From Candidatus Altimarinota bacterium (GTDB lineage: Bacteria; Patescibacteriota; Gracilibacteria; UBA4473): DNA of 38,987 bases. Each line of letters starts with the position of its first letter. Within the stretch, counting starts at the first letter, position 1. Made by a program: the position numbers and the translations under genes. Location: positions 1 to 38,987 of the forward strand of contig JALVIB010000017.1 in NCBI GenBank assembly GCA_027028725.1. The letters run 5' to 3'. A model generated the notes under the pieces. It was not told where the DNA came from and searched no databases. It saw nothing but the letters and a program-made list of their open reading frames with translations. Positions 1 to 10,177 of this stretch are shown here, in pieces.

Positions 1-6
1 CTAAAC

Positions 7-1713
7 CTAGTCTTTATGGTCGCCATTAACATGACCAAAACCTATTCTTATCCCATCCCCAACTTTTCTAATGTTAAACATCTTATGAATTCCTTCCTCT
101 CCCAGACACAAAATTCTTGACAGTACCTTTTTAATAGCGGTGGAGACTTTTTTAATAATTTCCGGTTTTGGTTTGAATTTCTCTAAATCAAAATCAGGAA
201 ATTTTTCGCGGATTTTTGCCAAATGAGTGATGATAGTGGAGGTTTTTAATCCGCGTATTTCAGCGATTTCAGCTAAATCTTTTCCTTCAGCAATCAAGTT
301 TTTGGTTATTTCGGCAGTGGGGATTTTTTTCGCAGAAGAAATCTTAAGTCCGGACTTAAACATATTTTTATCTCGTAACAAGTCCGGACTTGATTTCTCT
401 TTTACAAAATCCCGCGAAATTTTTTCCAATTCTGCTTCGGGAATGTTTTCATAAACTTTTTCAATTTCCGCGGAAAGTTGCTGAAACCGCTTATCCGCTG
501 CCATCGCCAGCTCATCCATTTGTAAAACATTACCGTTCGCGCCCAGTAATTTCAATCCGCCCCAACTTTTGACCCGTGACAGGGCGACATAACCTTGCCC
601 GCACTCAAAAGTTTTCGACAAATCCATCTCCGCGCGCTCCAAAGTCATTCCTTGCGATTTATGCACTGTAATTGCCCACGCCAAGCGAAGCGGAATTTGC
701 GAAAAAGTCGCGAGATTTTGCCCGAACTCGTTCGTCACCGACCAATCTTCCGGTTTGGCGACAATTTCCCGTCCGTCCGCAATTTCTACGACTGGCCAGC
801 CGTCCGGCGTAATCCGCGAAATTTCGCCCAGAGTCCCGTTGAAATACCCTTTTTCGTAATTATTTTTCACAAAAATCACTTTCGCACCGACTTTTAATTC
901 CAAAACTTCTGGTGCCAGAACAGATTTCGCCAAAGTTTTGGCAAGTGTTTTATTTCCCGCGAATTTTCCAAAAAACATTTCAACCGGTCCGGGAAGTTTT
1001 TTCAATTCCTCGCGATTAATGCGGTCCACATCAGCATTGTGCGTATAAAGTTTTATCGCGAAATCTTCCGAATTTTCGCGGGATTCTTCCAACTTTTCCA
1101 GCAACAAATCCTGCGCCACATCAGAAATTTCGCCACTCCGCATTTCGTTCAAAATATCGGTTAGAGCGCAATCTGCTTGCCGATATTGTTCGGTGATATA
1201 ACAAACTTTCAAATCCGCTTTGACCCAAACCGGCGACATAAAAGCGAATTTTTCGCGGGAATTTAACCGCTCGCGACTGACAGGCGGAAGCTGAAAAAAG
1301 TCGCCTGAAAAAATCACTTGAATTCCGCCGAACGGCTCAAAACTGACTTTGAAAAACCGTAAAATCTGGTCGATACAGCCCAAAGTTTTTTTGGAAATCA
1401 TTGAGATTTCGTCGATTATCAAAACCTCAACTTGTTCCAAACGCTGGCGAACTTTCTTTTTTTTCGCGATTTTTTCCAAATCGCGTTCGGTGATTTCTTC
1501 CTTAATTCCCAAGCCTGACCACGAGTGAATTGTTTGTCCGCCCAAATGTGTCGCCGCAATTCCGGTGGACGCGGTAATCGCCACCGGCACTCCGTTTTTA
1601 CGGAGATAGTTGATGTATTGGTTCAGCACATAAGTTTTCCCCGCCCCTGCCGATCCTGTCAAAAAGACATTTTCGCCAGCTTTCATGATTTTGAGCGCGG
1701 TGGATTGTTTCAT
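7..1713 (-). CDS. PIF1/RecD-like SF1B DNA helicase with C-terminal helix-turn-helix domain
   Basis: Walker A GSAGAGKT, IIDEISM, GDFFQLPPV, LAWAITVHKSQGMTL and GQGYVALSR motifs. Start reassigned to ATG 1713 (MKQSTAL), which has TACAAT 7 nt upstream. The last ~40 aa look atypical. Confidence 0.9.
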   Translation of the reverse strand: MKQSTALKIMKAGENVFLTGSAGAGKTYVLNQYINYLRKNGVPVAITASTGIAATHLGGQTIHSWSGLGIKEEITERDLEKIAKKKKVRQRLEQVEVLIIDEISMISKKTLGCIDQILRFFKVSFEPFGGIQVIFSGDFFQLPPVSRERLNSREKFAFMSPVWVKADLKVCYITEQYRQADCALTDILNEMRSGEISDVAQDLLLEKLEESRENSEDFAIKLYTHNADVDRINREELKKLPGPVEMFFGKFAGNKTLAKTLAKSVLAPEVLELKVGAKVIFVKNNYEKGYFNGTLGEISRITPDGWPVVEIADGREIVAKPEDWSVTNEFGQNLATFSQIPLRLAWAITVHKSQGMTLERAEMDLSKTFECGQGYVALSRVKSWGGLKLLGANGNVLQMDELAMAADKRFQQLSAEIEKVYENIPEAELEKISRDFVKEKSSPDLLRDKNMFKSGLKISSAKKIPTAEITKNLIAEGKDLAEIAEIRGLKTSTIITHLAKIREKFPDFDLEKFKPKPEIIKKVSTAIKKVLSRILCLGEEGIHKMFNIRKVGDGIRIGFGHVNGDHKD

Positions 1714-2126
1714 CGTGTGAATTGTAGAGGTTTTTGGAAAATCCCGCGAATTTAACCCCCTCGCCCCCTTGTCAGGGGGGAAATATAATACGCAAAGCAG
1801 CTTTGTAGACGCAATGACGCGTCGCACTTTCTAAAATCCCGCGAAATTTTTTAATTTCACTTCCCGCCCAAGAGTTTCTCGCACGATGGCGGGATCTCTT
1901 CTTTTTTCAAAGTTTGTTTACATTCTCCCTCCTAGCAGGAGGGAGAGAGAGGGCGGTAGAAATATTTTGAAACAACCCTTCCCGAGTACTCGGGACTAGG
2001 AGAGGGAGTTCAAAGGAACAGGATTTGTTGTTTTTTCGCGGGATTTTTAATTATCTATGAAATTCTTTTGACAATATTGCAAATATTTGTTTTATTGTGT
2101 GCGATATATTTTTTAACAACTACAAA

Positions 2127-2792
2127 ATGAGAAAAAATGAAGAAAGATTTGAGCTTAATGAAAACATGGCTGTCAAAAATTTAAGAAATGTTTTAAAAGA
2201 AATTATCAAAAAAGAAGGATCAGGAGAAGAGGTAGCAGAATTGATAGATCGTGCTAAATCAATTATTGCAGAAAACATAAAAGTTGCAGATTTTGGACAT
2301 AAAAAAGCCCAAAAACGATTTGAGAAACAAGGAAATCCGCGAAAAGTTAAAAAATTAGGTAGATTAAATACTAAACTAAAACAACTTGAAGATAAAATCC
2401 CGCGCGATTATTGGAAAAATTTTGATGCAGAAGAAATACTAAATGCGGTTGAAGAGGTTTATTTTGAAAATAATAAAAAAGAAAAAGACGATATTGTTCC
2501 TGTTGGAGATGTTCAAAAAGTAGTTCATGGAAAAGTTTATAAACAAATATTGCCATCTGTAAATCCCGCGAAAAAATCTATTCAAGTTGATAAAGGTAGT
2601 ATGGCGGAAGTTCAAGCAAAATCAAAAATTGAAGAGGCGGCGCATCAAGAAAGAAAAATTACAAATCCTAAATGGATGGGGAATGAGAAAATAGGGGTTA
2701 GAAAAGGAAGAAGAAAGTTTTTAGAAGGAGTTGAAAATATAAAAAGAGATTTAAATCGAACTTATGGGATAAATAGTTTAACAGGTTTATAA
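2127..2792 (+). CDS. Hypothetical protein (Lys/Glu-rich, AT-rich)
   Basis: Long ORF with no recognisable motif; ATG 2127 preferred over GTG 2097. Confidence 0.7.
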   Translation: MRKNEERFELNENMAVKNLRNVLKEIIKKEGSGEEVAELIDRAKSIIAENIKVADFGHKKAQKRFEKQGNPRKVKKLGRLNTKLKQLEDKIPRDYWKNFDAEEILNAVEEVYFENNKKEKDDIVPVGDVQKVVHGKVYKQILPSVNPAKKSIQVDKGSMAEVQAKSKIEEAAHQERKITNPKWMGNEKIGVRKGRRKFLEGVENIKRDLNRTYGINSLTGL

Positions 2793-2819
2793 AATTTCGC
2801 GGGATTTTTATATTAAATC

Positions 2820-3203
2820 ATGGAGTTAATAGAAAAAGAAATCAAAACGGATTTTGGATACGCTAAAATGTCTGTAGTAAAAGATGAAGGGGTGTTTCAA
2901 GGATATTTAGATAAAATTGTATCATACAAGAGGGGCTGTGGTCATGAGATTATGAAAATAGTTTTGGAATGGTTTTATCAACAAAAAGTCGATGAAATTT
3001 TATTACAGATTACGCCTTTAGGAGATGTTTCAGCGGATAAGTTAGTAAAATTTTATAAAAAAGAAGGATTTGAGGTAATTGCTCGTTCAGGGCGAATGAC
3101 CAAGGAATATTTAGAATTTATAGTTAAAGAAAACTTTAAAAATTTCGCGGGATTTTACCGCGGATACATTCCGATTCCCCCTGCTAGATTGACGATTTTG
3201 TAA
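2820..3203 (+). CDS. GNAT-family acetyltransferase-like protein
   Basis: KRGCGHEIM (motif A-like) and LVKFYKKEGF. The 3' end overlaps the convergent rhodanese gene by 49 bp. Confidence 0.65.
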   Translation: MELIEKEIKTDFGYAKMSVVKDEGVFQGYLDKIVSYKRGCGHEIMKIVLEWFYQQKVDEILLQITPLGDVSADKLVKFYKKEGFEVIARSGRMTKEYLEFIVKENFKNFAGFYRGYIPIPPARLTIL

Positions 3204-3478
3204 TCGGGGAATTGGGGAGCAATTTGTTTTTGCAGATATCCTGATGATCCGCCCGAGTGGCAATAAAGCACAAAATAAGTTCCTTTGGGGTATTTTCCCG
3301 CGAAAATTTCGTTGGAAATCGGGACGGCGTCTTCAACCGGATGATTAATCATATCGACCAAAACTACTTTGTCGCCAAGTTCTTCTTTTTTCTTGAAATA
3401 CTCGTCCCAAGTCCAGCTTTCCGCACCACCACCAAAGATAGAGCAGGCGTTTGAGTCATACATTTCGTTGATATCCAT
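3155..3478 (-). CDS. Rhodanese-like domain protein (sulfurtransferase)
   Basis: VLYCHSGGSS active-site loop and VNLAGGI C-terminal motif. Confidence 0.85.
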   Translation of the reverse strand: MDINEMYDSNACSIFGGGAESWTWDEYFKKKEELGDKVVLVDMINHPVEDAVPISNEIFAGKYPKGTYFVLYCHSGGSSGYLQKQIAPQFPDYKIVNLAGGIGMYPR

Positions 3479-3637
3479 GTTTTTTGGCTAAAATTTCGCG
3501 GGAATTTTATTTTGTTCGGTGTTTGTGGCAAATGTTTTTGAGTTACATAAGATGATTGATTAAAGAAAAATCCCCCTCAATCCCCCTTTAAAGAAAGGGG
3601 GAAGTTCCTCAGAAAAATAAACAAAGAAATTCCTTTA

Positions 3638-3674
3638 GCTCCCTCTTTTTTCAAAGAGGGCGGGGGGTGATTTT
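3638..3674. repeat. Hairpin element GCTCCCTCTTTTTTCAAAGAGGGCGGGGGGTGATTTT; near-identical copies at 27776-27812 (inverted) and 36702-36738
   Basis: Three near-identical ~36-bp intergenic copies. Part of a larger CCCCCT-N3-CCCCCTT..AAGGGGG family (e.g. 1756, 3572, 9136, 14043, 17273, 20227, 23397, 24092, 34184, 35219). Confidence 0.85.
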
Positions 3675-3745
3675 ATAATTTCGCGGGATTTTGCCCTCAC
3701 CCCCACCCTCTCCCCAAGGGAAAGGGAGTTATTTGGAATTTATAA

Positions 3746-3773
3746 TTGACAAAATACCCCCTGTGGGTATAAT
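3746..3773 (+). promoter_or_regulatory. Sigma70 promoter overlapping a CsoR/CstR-type operator
   Basis: TTGACA 3746-3751, 16-bp spacer, TATAAT 3768-3773. Inverted repeat ATACCC-CCTGT-GGGTAT (3754-3770) lies between them. ATG follows 7 nt after the -10. Confidence 0.85.
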
Positions 3774-3780
3774 CCGGGCG

Positions 3781-4011
3781 ATGAAAAAAATTCAAAATCG
3801 GTTAAAGCGATTAGAAGGGCAGATTCGCGGTTTGCAAAAACTGCTAGAAACTGCCGATGATTGCGAAAAAATCATCATTCAGTTTTCCGCAGCGAAGTCG
3901 GCGCTGGATAATTGTTATGCGCTTCTGCTTTCTGAAAATCTCGCGAAATGTTTTCGTAATAAAGATAATCAGGATTTGGAGAAGTTGTTGAAATTGATAA
4001 TAAAAAAATAA
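3781..4011 (+). CDS. CsoR/RcnR-family repressor, CstR-like (persulfide sensor)
   Basis: NRLKRLEGQIRG...DC..IIIQFSAAKSAL...SENLAKC. Asn rather than His at the Cu-ligand position, as in CstR. True start ATG 3781. Confidence 0.85.
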   Translation: MKKIQNRLKRLEGQIRGLQKLLETADDCEKIIIQFSAAKSALDNCYALLLSENLAKCFRNKDNQDLEKLLKLIIKK

Positions 4012-4014
4012 GCA

Positions 4015-4048
4015 CCTCACCCCCGCCCTCTCCTAGAAGGAGAGGGAG
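4015..4048 (+). repeat. REP-like hairpin CCTCACCCC-N-CCCTCTCC-TAGAA-GGAGAGGGAG (family A)
   Basis: Copies at about 1975, 3695, 4015, 7261, 7834, 10423, 12897, 13071, 13986, 22336 (inverted) and 31481. Seven lie in frame in CDSs. Confidence 0.9.
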
Positions 4049-4072
4049 TATAAATAACTTTCAAATAAGGAA

Positions 4073-5620
4073 ATGAAAAAAATTCTAATGTTATCGGCTC
4101 TCGTGCTACTCTTCGGATGTAGTCAAACAGAAAAACCGCAGGTGGAGCAACCAAAATCCCGCGAAATTTTTACACTCAAAGCAGAAACTGTTGCACCAGT
4201 TCTTAATCTAACTGGAAATGTGGAAGCGGAAAAGCAAATTCCAATTTCCGCGAAAATTATGGGGCGAATTGATTCGCTCAAAGTTGATGTCGGCGACAAA
4301 GTTTACAAAGGACAAATTCTCGCGAGATATTCCGCAGTGGATAATGATTCTTTGGCGCGGTATCAAAGCGCTTTAAGTCAATTCAAGTCAACCGAAGCGT
4401 CTGCCGAAAATGCCGTCAATACAGCGGAAGTTCAACTAGAATCGGCTGAGCGCGCTTTGGAACAAACCAAAAAAGAAGAAGAAGTTCAGCGCAAAAAACA
4501 ATACGACAATTTATACACCAATGCGAAGTTGTCCGAGATTACGATTTCTAATGTTTTAAATTTTTTAGACAAAAACTTGGAAGCTTCCAATAAATTTGAA
4601 GGAATGAGTCCGTACGAAAATGTTTTGGGGCGGAATAATTCTATTTTGAAAAATAATTTAAAAAACCGCGTTGAGGAACTAGTCCGAAATTTCGCGGGAT
4701 TTTCCAAGACCGAACCAAAATCAGAGCAAGCAATCCTAAGTTTCGCCAGTGAGCGACTGGATTTTTTACGCAAAGTGAAAAGTGCTTTACTAGATTTTGA
4801 TTCCTTAGTTCGGGGGACAGTCTCTTCGCGAACTTTTCCCGAAGCTGTGAAAAACGGGTTTGTTGCCGAAACCGCGAATTATTTACAAGCGATTTCGCAA
4901 GCGATTACTAATTTAGAAAACTTTATCACTGGAACGAAAGTGATGGACGAACAACTTGGCTTGAAAGTTTTAGCCATGGAAAATCAGCTAGAATCCGCGA
5001 AATCTGGGGTGGAACTCGCCAAAGCCAATGCCGAAAATCAAGTAGTAGCGGCGCGTTCGCAGGTTAATATCGCTTCCACTTATCAGCGAGAAATGGTGGT
5101 CAAAGCACCGTTTGCTGGAGTAATAATTTCGCGGGATATTGATATGGGGCAACTGGTTTCCCCTGGTCAGAAATTATTTGAGTTAGCGGATATGTCCGGT
5201 TTCAAAATCAAAACTGATGTTTCTGATGCTTACGCGGCGATGATTAAAATTGATATGCCGGTAGAAATTTCTGTCGATGGTTTGAAGGAAAATTTCGCGG
5301 GAATTGTGACCAAGGTAAATCCAGCGCTTGATCCGCGGACACGAAAATTGGGAATTGAAATTACTTTCCAAGAAGATGAGGAAGCCGAGGAAAACATTTT
5401 AGATAAACTCAAAATCGGGTTATTTGCACGGATTAAAATTCAGTTACCGGAACGAGAAACTTTCAAAATCCCGCGAAATTTTGTCCGTTTTGACTACGAC
5501 GGGGCAAAAATTGAATTAGAAAACGGGGAAGTGAAAAAAGTTGATATTTTGTCCGAAGAAAAAGGTAAAGTGGAGATTTATTTTGATGGGATTGAAGAAG
5601 GACTAAAAATTGTTAATTAA
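4073..5620 (+). CDS. RND efflux periplasmic adaptor (membrane fusion) lipoprotein with long helical insert
   Basis: Lipobox LLFGC, GRIDSLKVDVGDKVYKGQIL and VKAPFAGVI lipoyl halves, VNPALDPRTRK. Confidence 0.9.
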   Translation: MKKILMLSALVLLFGCSQTEKPQVEQPKSREIFTLKAETVAPVLNLTGNVEAEKQIPISAKIMGRIDSLKVDVGDKVYKGQILARYSAVDNDSLARYQSALSQFKSTEASAENAVNTAEVQLESAERALEQTKKEEEVQRKKQYDNLYTNAKLSEITISNVLNFLDKNLEASNKFEGMSPYENVLGRNNSILKNNLKNRVEELVRNFAGFSKTEPKSEQAILSFASERLDFLRKVKSALLDFDSLVRGTVSSRTFPEAVKNGFVAETANYLQAISQAITNLENFITGTKVMDEQLGLKVLAMENQLESAKSGVELAKANAENQVVAARSQVNIASTYQREMVVKAPFAGVIISRDIDMGQLVSPGQKLFELADMSGFKIKTDVSDAYAAMIKIDMPVEISVDGLKENFAGIVTKVNPALDPRTRKLGIEITFQEDEEAEENILDKLKIGLFARIKIQLPERETFKIPRNFVRFDYDGAKIELENGEVKKVDILSEEKGKVEIYFDGIEEGLKIVN

Positions 5621-5680
5621 CAAAAAACCCCTAAATCTCCCGCTTTGCGGGAGACTTTTTGCTAAAAATAATTTAAGAAA

Positions 5681-8600
5681 ATGAACAAAATTAAAGAAAC
5701 AAATTCAAGTAATCTTTCTCCCGCCTTGCGGGAGGCGAGGGGGTTAAAACTAAACTTTGCCGGTAAAATCGCGAAATTTTTCCTAGAAAATCGTCCGTTG
5801 ACGATTCTGATTTTGGTCGGGCTAATTTTCGCGGGATTTTTGTCCTACAAAATGACTCCAAAGCAGTATAATCCGACAATTTCCATGCCGGCATTTACCG
5901 TTATTGTCGATTATCCCGGAGCTTCGGCGGAGGAAGTCGAAAGATTTGTCACCCGCGAACTTGAAGAAAAAATCGCGGATGTTCCCGGAGTTGATAAGAT
6001 TTTTTCTCAATCGATGGACGGCGGGCGTGCAGTTTCTTTTGTCCAATTTTTAGTTGGGGAAGATTTTGAAGATTCTCGCGTGAAATTGACCAACAAAGTT
6101 TTGGGAAATCTAGATTTGCGACAAGGAATGATTCAAACACCGCTAATTAAATCAGTTTCCGCGGACGATGTGCCAGTTTTAACGATTGGTTTTTCTGCGA
6201 AAAATTTATCGCAAAACCAAGTGCGGGTGCTGGCTTACGACATTATGAACCAGCTCAAAAAAGTGCCAAATGTCGCGAATTTAGATATTCACGGTGGAGA
6301 ACCGCGGGTCTTGAAAATTTCCCTAGATCTAGGGCGAATGAAAAATCGCGGGGTTTCCGTGCAGGATATAAAAAATGCGATTTTGGCGAATAATTTCCGT
6401 TTCCGAACCGGGAAAATCGAAAATCCCGCGAATTTTTTTGAAGTAGAGGTGAACGGAGAACTAACCGATCCCGAGTCCGCGAAAAAAATTACCGTTGTGC
6501 CGGGCGTGAAATTAGAAGATGTCGCCAAAGTTTCGGACGGATATCGAGAAAAAACTTCTTTTGTGCAGGTTTTCAAAAAAGATGGCGTGCAAGACACGGT
6601 TTTTGTTTCTCTCGCTAAACGAAAAGGATCAAATGCGCAAACCGTTGTCAAAGACGCGCGGGAAGCTTTGTCGCGAATTATGGCTAACGAAAAATTCGCG
6701 GGATTAGATTTTCACATTTATCGTGATGAAGGAGAAGTTTCGCGGAAAGCAATTGGTGGATTGATGCAAAATCTAATCTCCTCAATTCTGATTGTTTCCA
6801 TCGTTCTGTGGCTGTTTCTCGGACTTCGTTCAGCTTCAATTGTGGCGATTGCTATTCCGCTGACGATGGCGGGAGTTTTCATTATCGGGTATTCCGCGGG
6901 GAAAAATATCAACCGCGTGACTTTGTTTGCTTTGATTTTATCGCTGGGACTTTTGGTCGATTCGGCGACGGTCGTGGTAGAAAACATTTATCGGCATTTG
7001 CAGGAAAAAGCAAAATCCGCGAAAAAATCACTTCAAGTTCGGCGGGAAGCAATTGTCGAAGCGGTAAATGAAGTGGGAATCGGATTATTTTTATCAACTT
7101 TGACTTCGGTGATTGTCTTTTTGCCGACTTCCAACCTGTCAGGAATGATGGGAGATTACATGGGACCATTATCTTTCTTTTTGCCGATGGCGTTGATTGT
7201 TTCCATGTTGGTCGCCTATGTTTTGACGCCTTTTTTGGCTGATGTGATTTTGCCAAGAGACCTCACCCCAAACCCTCTCCTAGAAGGAGAGGGAGCTAAA
7301 AGGAATTTATCATTTTTTGACCGCGTAACAGAAAAATATTCTAAACTACTGACTAAAATTTTGGATAAAGATAAATTCCGCCGATTCTTTTTGATAACGA
7401 TTTTTGGGGCATTGTTTTTAGTTTTTACTTTTCCTGTTTTGAAATTAGTGCATTTCAAAATGCTCCCTTCGGCGAACAAAAACCAATTCTTTGTTTACAT
7501 CGACGCGCCACAAGATACAAATTTCCCGCAAACGCAAAAAATCGCGGGATTTATCAGCAAAGAACTTCTGAAAAATCCGGAAATTGTTTCGGTGCAAAGT
7601 TTTGTCGGCACGGCTTCCGTCGTGGACTTTAACGGACTTTTCAAAGGAGCGAATTACCGCATTGCACCGTATATGGCAACTTTGCGGGTGAATTTAACCG
7701 ACACAGATGATCGTTCGATTAAATCAACACCACTTCTGGACGCGGAACGAGATAAAATTCTCGCGAAAATTTCTAAACTTCAAAATAGTACCGTTTGTCA
7801 GGGGGAAGCTTGTGAAAATCCCGTGAAAAATAGCCCTCACCCCAACCCTCTCCCCGAGGGAGAGGGAGATATAAACTTTTACGAAACTTTGAAAAACACC
7901 ACTTTCAAATTCTTGGAAGATCCACCGGGTCCGCCGGTGCGGGCGACTTTGATGGCTAAAATTAAAGGTCCAAACCGCGAGCTTTTGAAAAAAGTCGCGC
8001 GTGATGTAGAGGAAATGTTCCGCAAAACTGATCGCGTGGTGGACATTGATACTTCTATCAGTGACAATGTGCGAAAAGTTTCGTTTCGCGTAGATCACGA
8101 AAAAGCTTTGGAAGCGGGGATTACGACCATGCAAATTTATGAAGCGTTGTCGGCAATTACTGCGGAAAAAAATATTTCCCAGTTCCACCAAAAAGATTCA
8201 CCGGAAATGATTGACATTACTTTGAGCGTGCCACCAGAAAAACGCGATAAATTGGAAGATTTGACCGAAGTTTACATCAAAAATTTCGCGGGAAATATGG
8301 TGCCGCTTTCCGCTGTCGTTCGTAAAGTGGAAACTCGTCCGGAGGAAGTTCTTTATCTCGACACACGCGATGAAACAATTTATGTGACGGGGGAATTGAA
8401 AAATCGGAGTGTGATTTACGCGACAATTGATTTGATGTTTGATATTTTTGATTACGATTTTCCGGAAGGTGGAAAAATCGTGGATTGGAGTTTGTACGGA
8501 TTTGATTTTGAGACAAAATCCCGCGAAATTTACCATATCGAATGGGGTGGAGAACGCGAGCTGACTTTGGATAATTTTCGCGACTTGGGATTGGCGATGT

Positions 8601-9136
8601 TGATTGCGTTTATCGCGATTTATGGTGTGCTAGTGGCGCAGTTTGAGTCTTTCAAAGTTCCGCTTCTAATCATGAGTACGGTTTTCCTCGGATTTTTGGG
8701 AATTATGCCGGGATTTGCAATTTTAGACAAAACCCTCGGAACTTTCCTAACCGCCACCAGTTTGATTGGATTTATTGCCTTGATGGGGATTGTGGTGAAT
8801 AACGCCATTATTTACTTGGAATATTTTGATATTCTACGCGACCGCGGAGTAAATTTTCGCGATGCTTTATTTCAAGCCGGAAAAACTCGTTTGCGACCGA
8901 TTGTTTTGACTTCCATGACAACGGTTTTGGGAAGTCTGACCATTATTAACGATCCGGTTTGGTCGGGATTGGCGTGGACAATTATTTTTGGATTATCAAT
9001 TTCCGCAGCTTTCACACTAGTGGTTTTCCCAGCGTTAATGGCAAGTTTTCCGCCAAAAGTTCGTGACGAAGACCATTTACTCAAACCGAATCCGAAAGCA
9101 AATTGTGCTTGTGAAATTAAAAATCCCGCGAAATAA
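5681..9136 (+). CDS. RND efflux transporter permease (AcrB/CusA family)
   Basis: YPGASAEEVE, LGLLVDSATVVVENIYR, GIVVNNAII and RLRPIVLTSMTT motifs. Carries three repeat-derived in-frame inserts. Confidence 0.95.
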   Translation: MNKIKETNSSNLSPALREARGLKLNFAGKIAKFFLENRPLTILILVGLIFAGFLSYKMTPKQYNPTISMPAFTVIVDYPGASAEEVERFVTRELEEKIADVPGVDKIFSQSMDGGRAVSFVQFLVGEDFEDSRVKLTNKVLGNLDLRQGMIQTPLIKSVSADDVPVLTIGFSAKNLSQNQVRVLAYDIMNQLKKVPNVANLDIHGGEPRVLKISLDLGRMKNRGVSVQDIKNAILANNFRFRTGKIENPANFFEVEVNGELTDPESAKKITVVPGVKLEDVAKVSDGYREKTSFVQVFKKDGVQDTVFVSLAKRKGSNAQTVVKDAREALSRIMANEKFAGLDFHIYRDEGEVSRKAIGGLMQNLISSILIVSIVLWLFLGLRSASIVAIAIPLTMAGVFIIGYSAGKNINRVTLFALILSLGLLVDSATVVVENIYRHLQEKAKSAKKSLQVRREAIVEAVNEVGIGLFLSTLTSVIVFLPTSNLSGMMGDYMGPLSFFLPMALIVSMLVAYVLTPFLADVILPRDLTPNPLLEGEGAKRNLSFFDRVTEKYSKLLTKILDKDKFRRFFLITIFGALFLVFTFPVLKLVHFKMLPSANKNQFFVYIDAPQDTNFPQTQKIAGFISKELLKNPEIVSVQSFVGTASVVDFNGLFKGANYRIAPYMATLRVNLTDTDDRSIKSTPLLDAERDKILAKISKLQNSTVCQGEACENPVKNSPHPNPLPEGEGDINFYETLKNTTFKFLEDPPGPPVRATLMAKIKGPNRELLKKVARDVEEMFRKTDRVVDIDTSISDNVRKVSFRVDHEKALEAGITTMQIYEALSAITAEKNISQFHQKDSPEMIDITLSVPPEKRDKLEDLTEVYIKNFAGNMVPLSAVVRKVETRPEEVLYLDTRDETIYVTGELKNRSVIYATIDLMFDIFDYDFPEGGKIVDWSLYGFDFETKSREIYHIEWGGERELTLDNFRDLGLAMLIAFIAIYGVLVAQFESFKVPLLIMSTVFLGFLGIMPGFAILDKTLGTFLTATSLIGFIALMGIVVNNAIIYLEYFDILRDRGVNFRDALFQAGKTRLRPIVLTSMTTVLGSLTIINDPVWSGLAWTIIFGLSISAAFTLVVFPALMASFPPKVRDEDHLLKPNPKANCACEIKNPAK

Positions 9137-9209
9137 CCCCCTAACCCCCTTATCAGGGGGAAATAGATGAGCAATAATTTAAAAGTAAAAATTTTAACCC
9201 CTATATAAA

Positions 9210-9641
9210 ATGAAAAAATTCTTATCAGAAAAAGTTTTGGGCAAAATCGCCTACAAAATTTCTACCGACAAACCGTTTGAGGAAGTTTTCCAAAAACTTG
9301 AAAAAGCTATTACAAATAACGATTTCAATATTATCACCACTCATGATATGCGGAAAACTTTTGAGAAAAATAATTTGGAAATTTCGCGGGATTTTCAGTG
9401 TCGCATTGTGGAATTATGTAATGCCAAAAAAGCGCACAAAGCGTTGGGAATGAGTATGGATTTGGGGATTATGATGCCGAAAAGTATCATTATTTCCCGC
9501 GAAAATAACCAAACAGTTCTGCGCTACATGCAGATGAAACCGTGGATGGTGGGAATGATGTTTCCGGATATAAACATTGCGCCGATGTCCAAAAAAGTGA
9601 TGGCGACTTTGAAAAAAATCGTCCACGAAGCGGTGGCTTAA
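9210..9641 (+). CDS. DUF302 domain protein
   Basis: F-II--HDM-KTF..., IVELCNAKKA...LGIMMP pattern; position in a sulfur/RND operon is typical. Confidence 0.75.
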   Translation: MKKFLSEKVLGKIAYKISTDKPFEEVFQKLEKAITNNDFNIITTHDMRKTFEKNNLEISRDFQCRIVELCNAKKAHKALGMSMDLGIMMPKSIIISRENNQTVLRYMQMKPWMVGMMFPDINIAPMSKKVMATLKKIVHEAVA

Positions 9642-9758
9642 AATCCCGCGAAAAATTCTCTCCCGCCTTGCGGGAGGGCTTCAGTCTTCGCTAAAGCTTC
9701 GACTGACAAGAGGGTAGTGGTAAAAAAATAAGTCATTTAATTCTTAACTAAACATAAA

Positions 9759-9983
9759 ATGTACAAACTAAAAACAGATTCATGGTATCTCGAACGAATT
9801 TTGTTCCTAATTGCTGGGTTTTTCGTCCTTGGCTCAATTTTCGCGGGATTTTATGTTCATCCGTATTTCTTTTATTTCGCGGGATTTGTCGGATTTTCTC
9901 AACTAATTTTTGGACTAACCGGTTGGTGTTTGATGGCGATTATTTTGCGAAGCTGCGGAGTGAAAGGGAAGTTGGAGAAATGA
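9759..9983 (+). CDS. DUF2892 / YgaP-like membrane protein
   Basis: ERILFLIAG...FVG..QLIFGLTGWCLMAIIL motif with two TM helices. Confidence 0.85.
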   Translation: MYKLKTDSWYLERILFLIAGFFVLGSIFAGFYVHPYFFYFAGFVGFSQLIFGLTGWCLMAIILRSCGVKGKLEK

Positions 9984-10015
9984 TTTCGCGGGATTTTAGA
10001 AAAAAATGCGTTAAT

Positions 10016-10096
10016 GTAGGGAACGAATATTTTCGTTCCTCGTTAAATTATCTTTATTTGAATTAATTTTTTGGAGCGAAGATATTCGCTCCCTAC
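10016..10096. repeat. GTAG-type REP doublet (REPIN-like); related elements at 17326-17348, 20308-20335, 20363-20435, 35277-35300
   Basis: GTAGGG + short palindrome ... palindrome + CCCTAC, the architecture of RAYT-associated REPs. Confidence 0.75.
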
Positions 10097-10177
10097 GAAC
10101 AAGAATAAAATCCCGCGAGATTTTTCTCGTAACCCCGCCGCCTTGTAAACTCCCCCAAAACTTTTAGAATACTCCTG

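Noticed and set aside
3691..3780. Extended N-termini from the ORF track (3691, 1827, 22850, 27641, 34232)
   Set aside because: They run through promoters or repeats; homology and -10 spacing support the downstream ATGs.
5636..5660. Hairpin plus T-tract between the adaptor and RND genes as a dedicated attenuator
   Set aside because: The stem matches the CCCGCYTTGCGGGA micro-repeat family, so a regulatory role cannot be supported from sequence.
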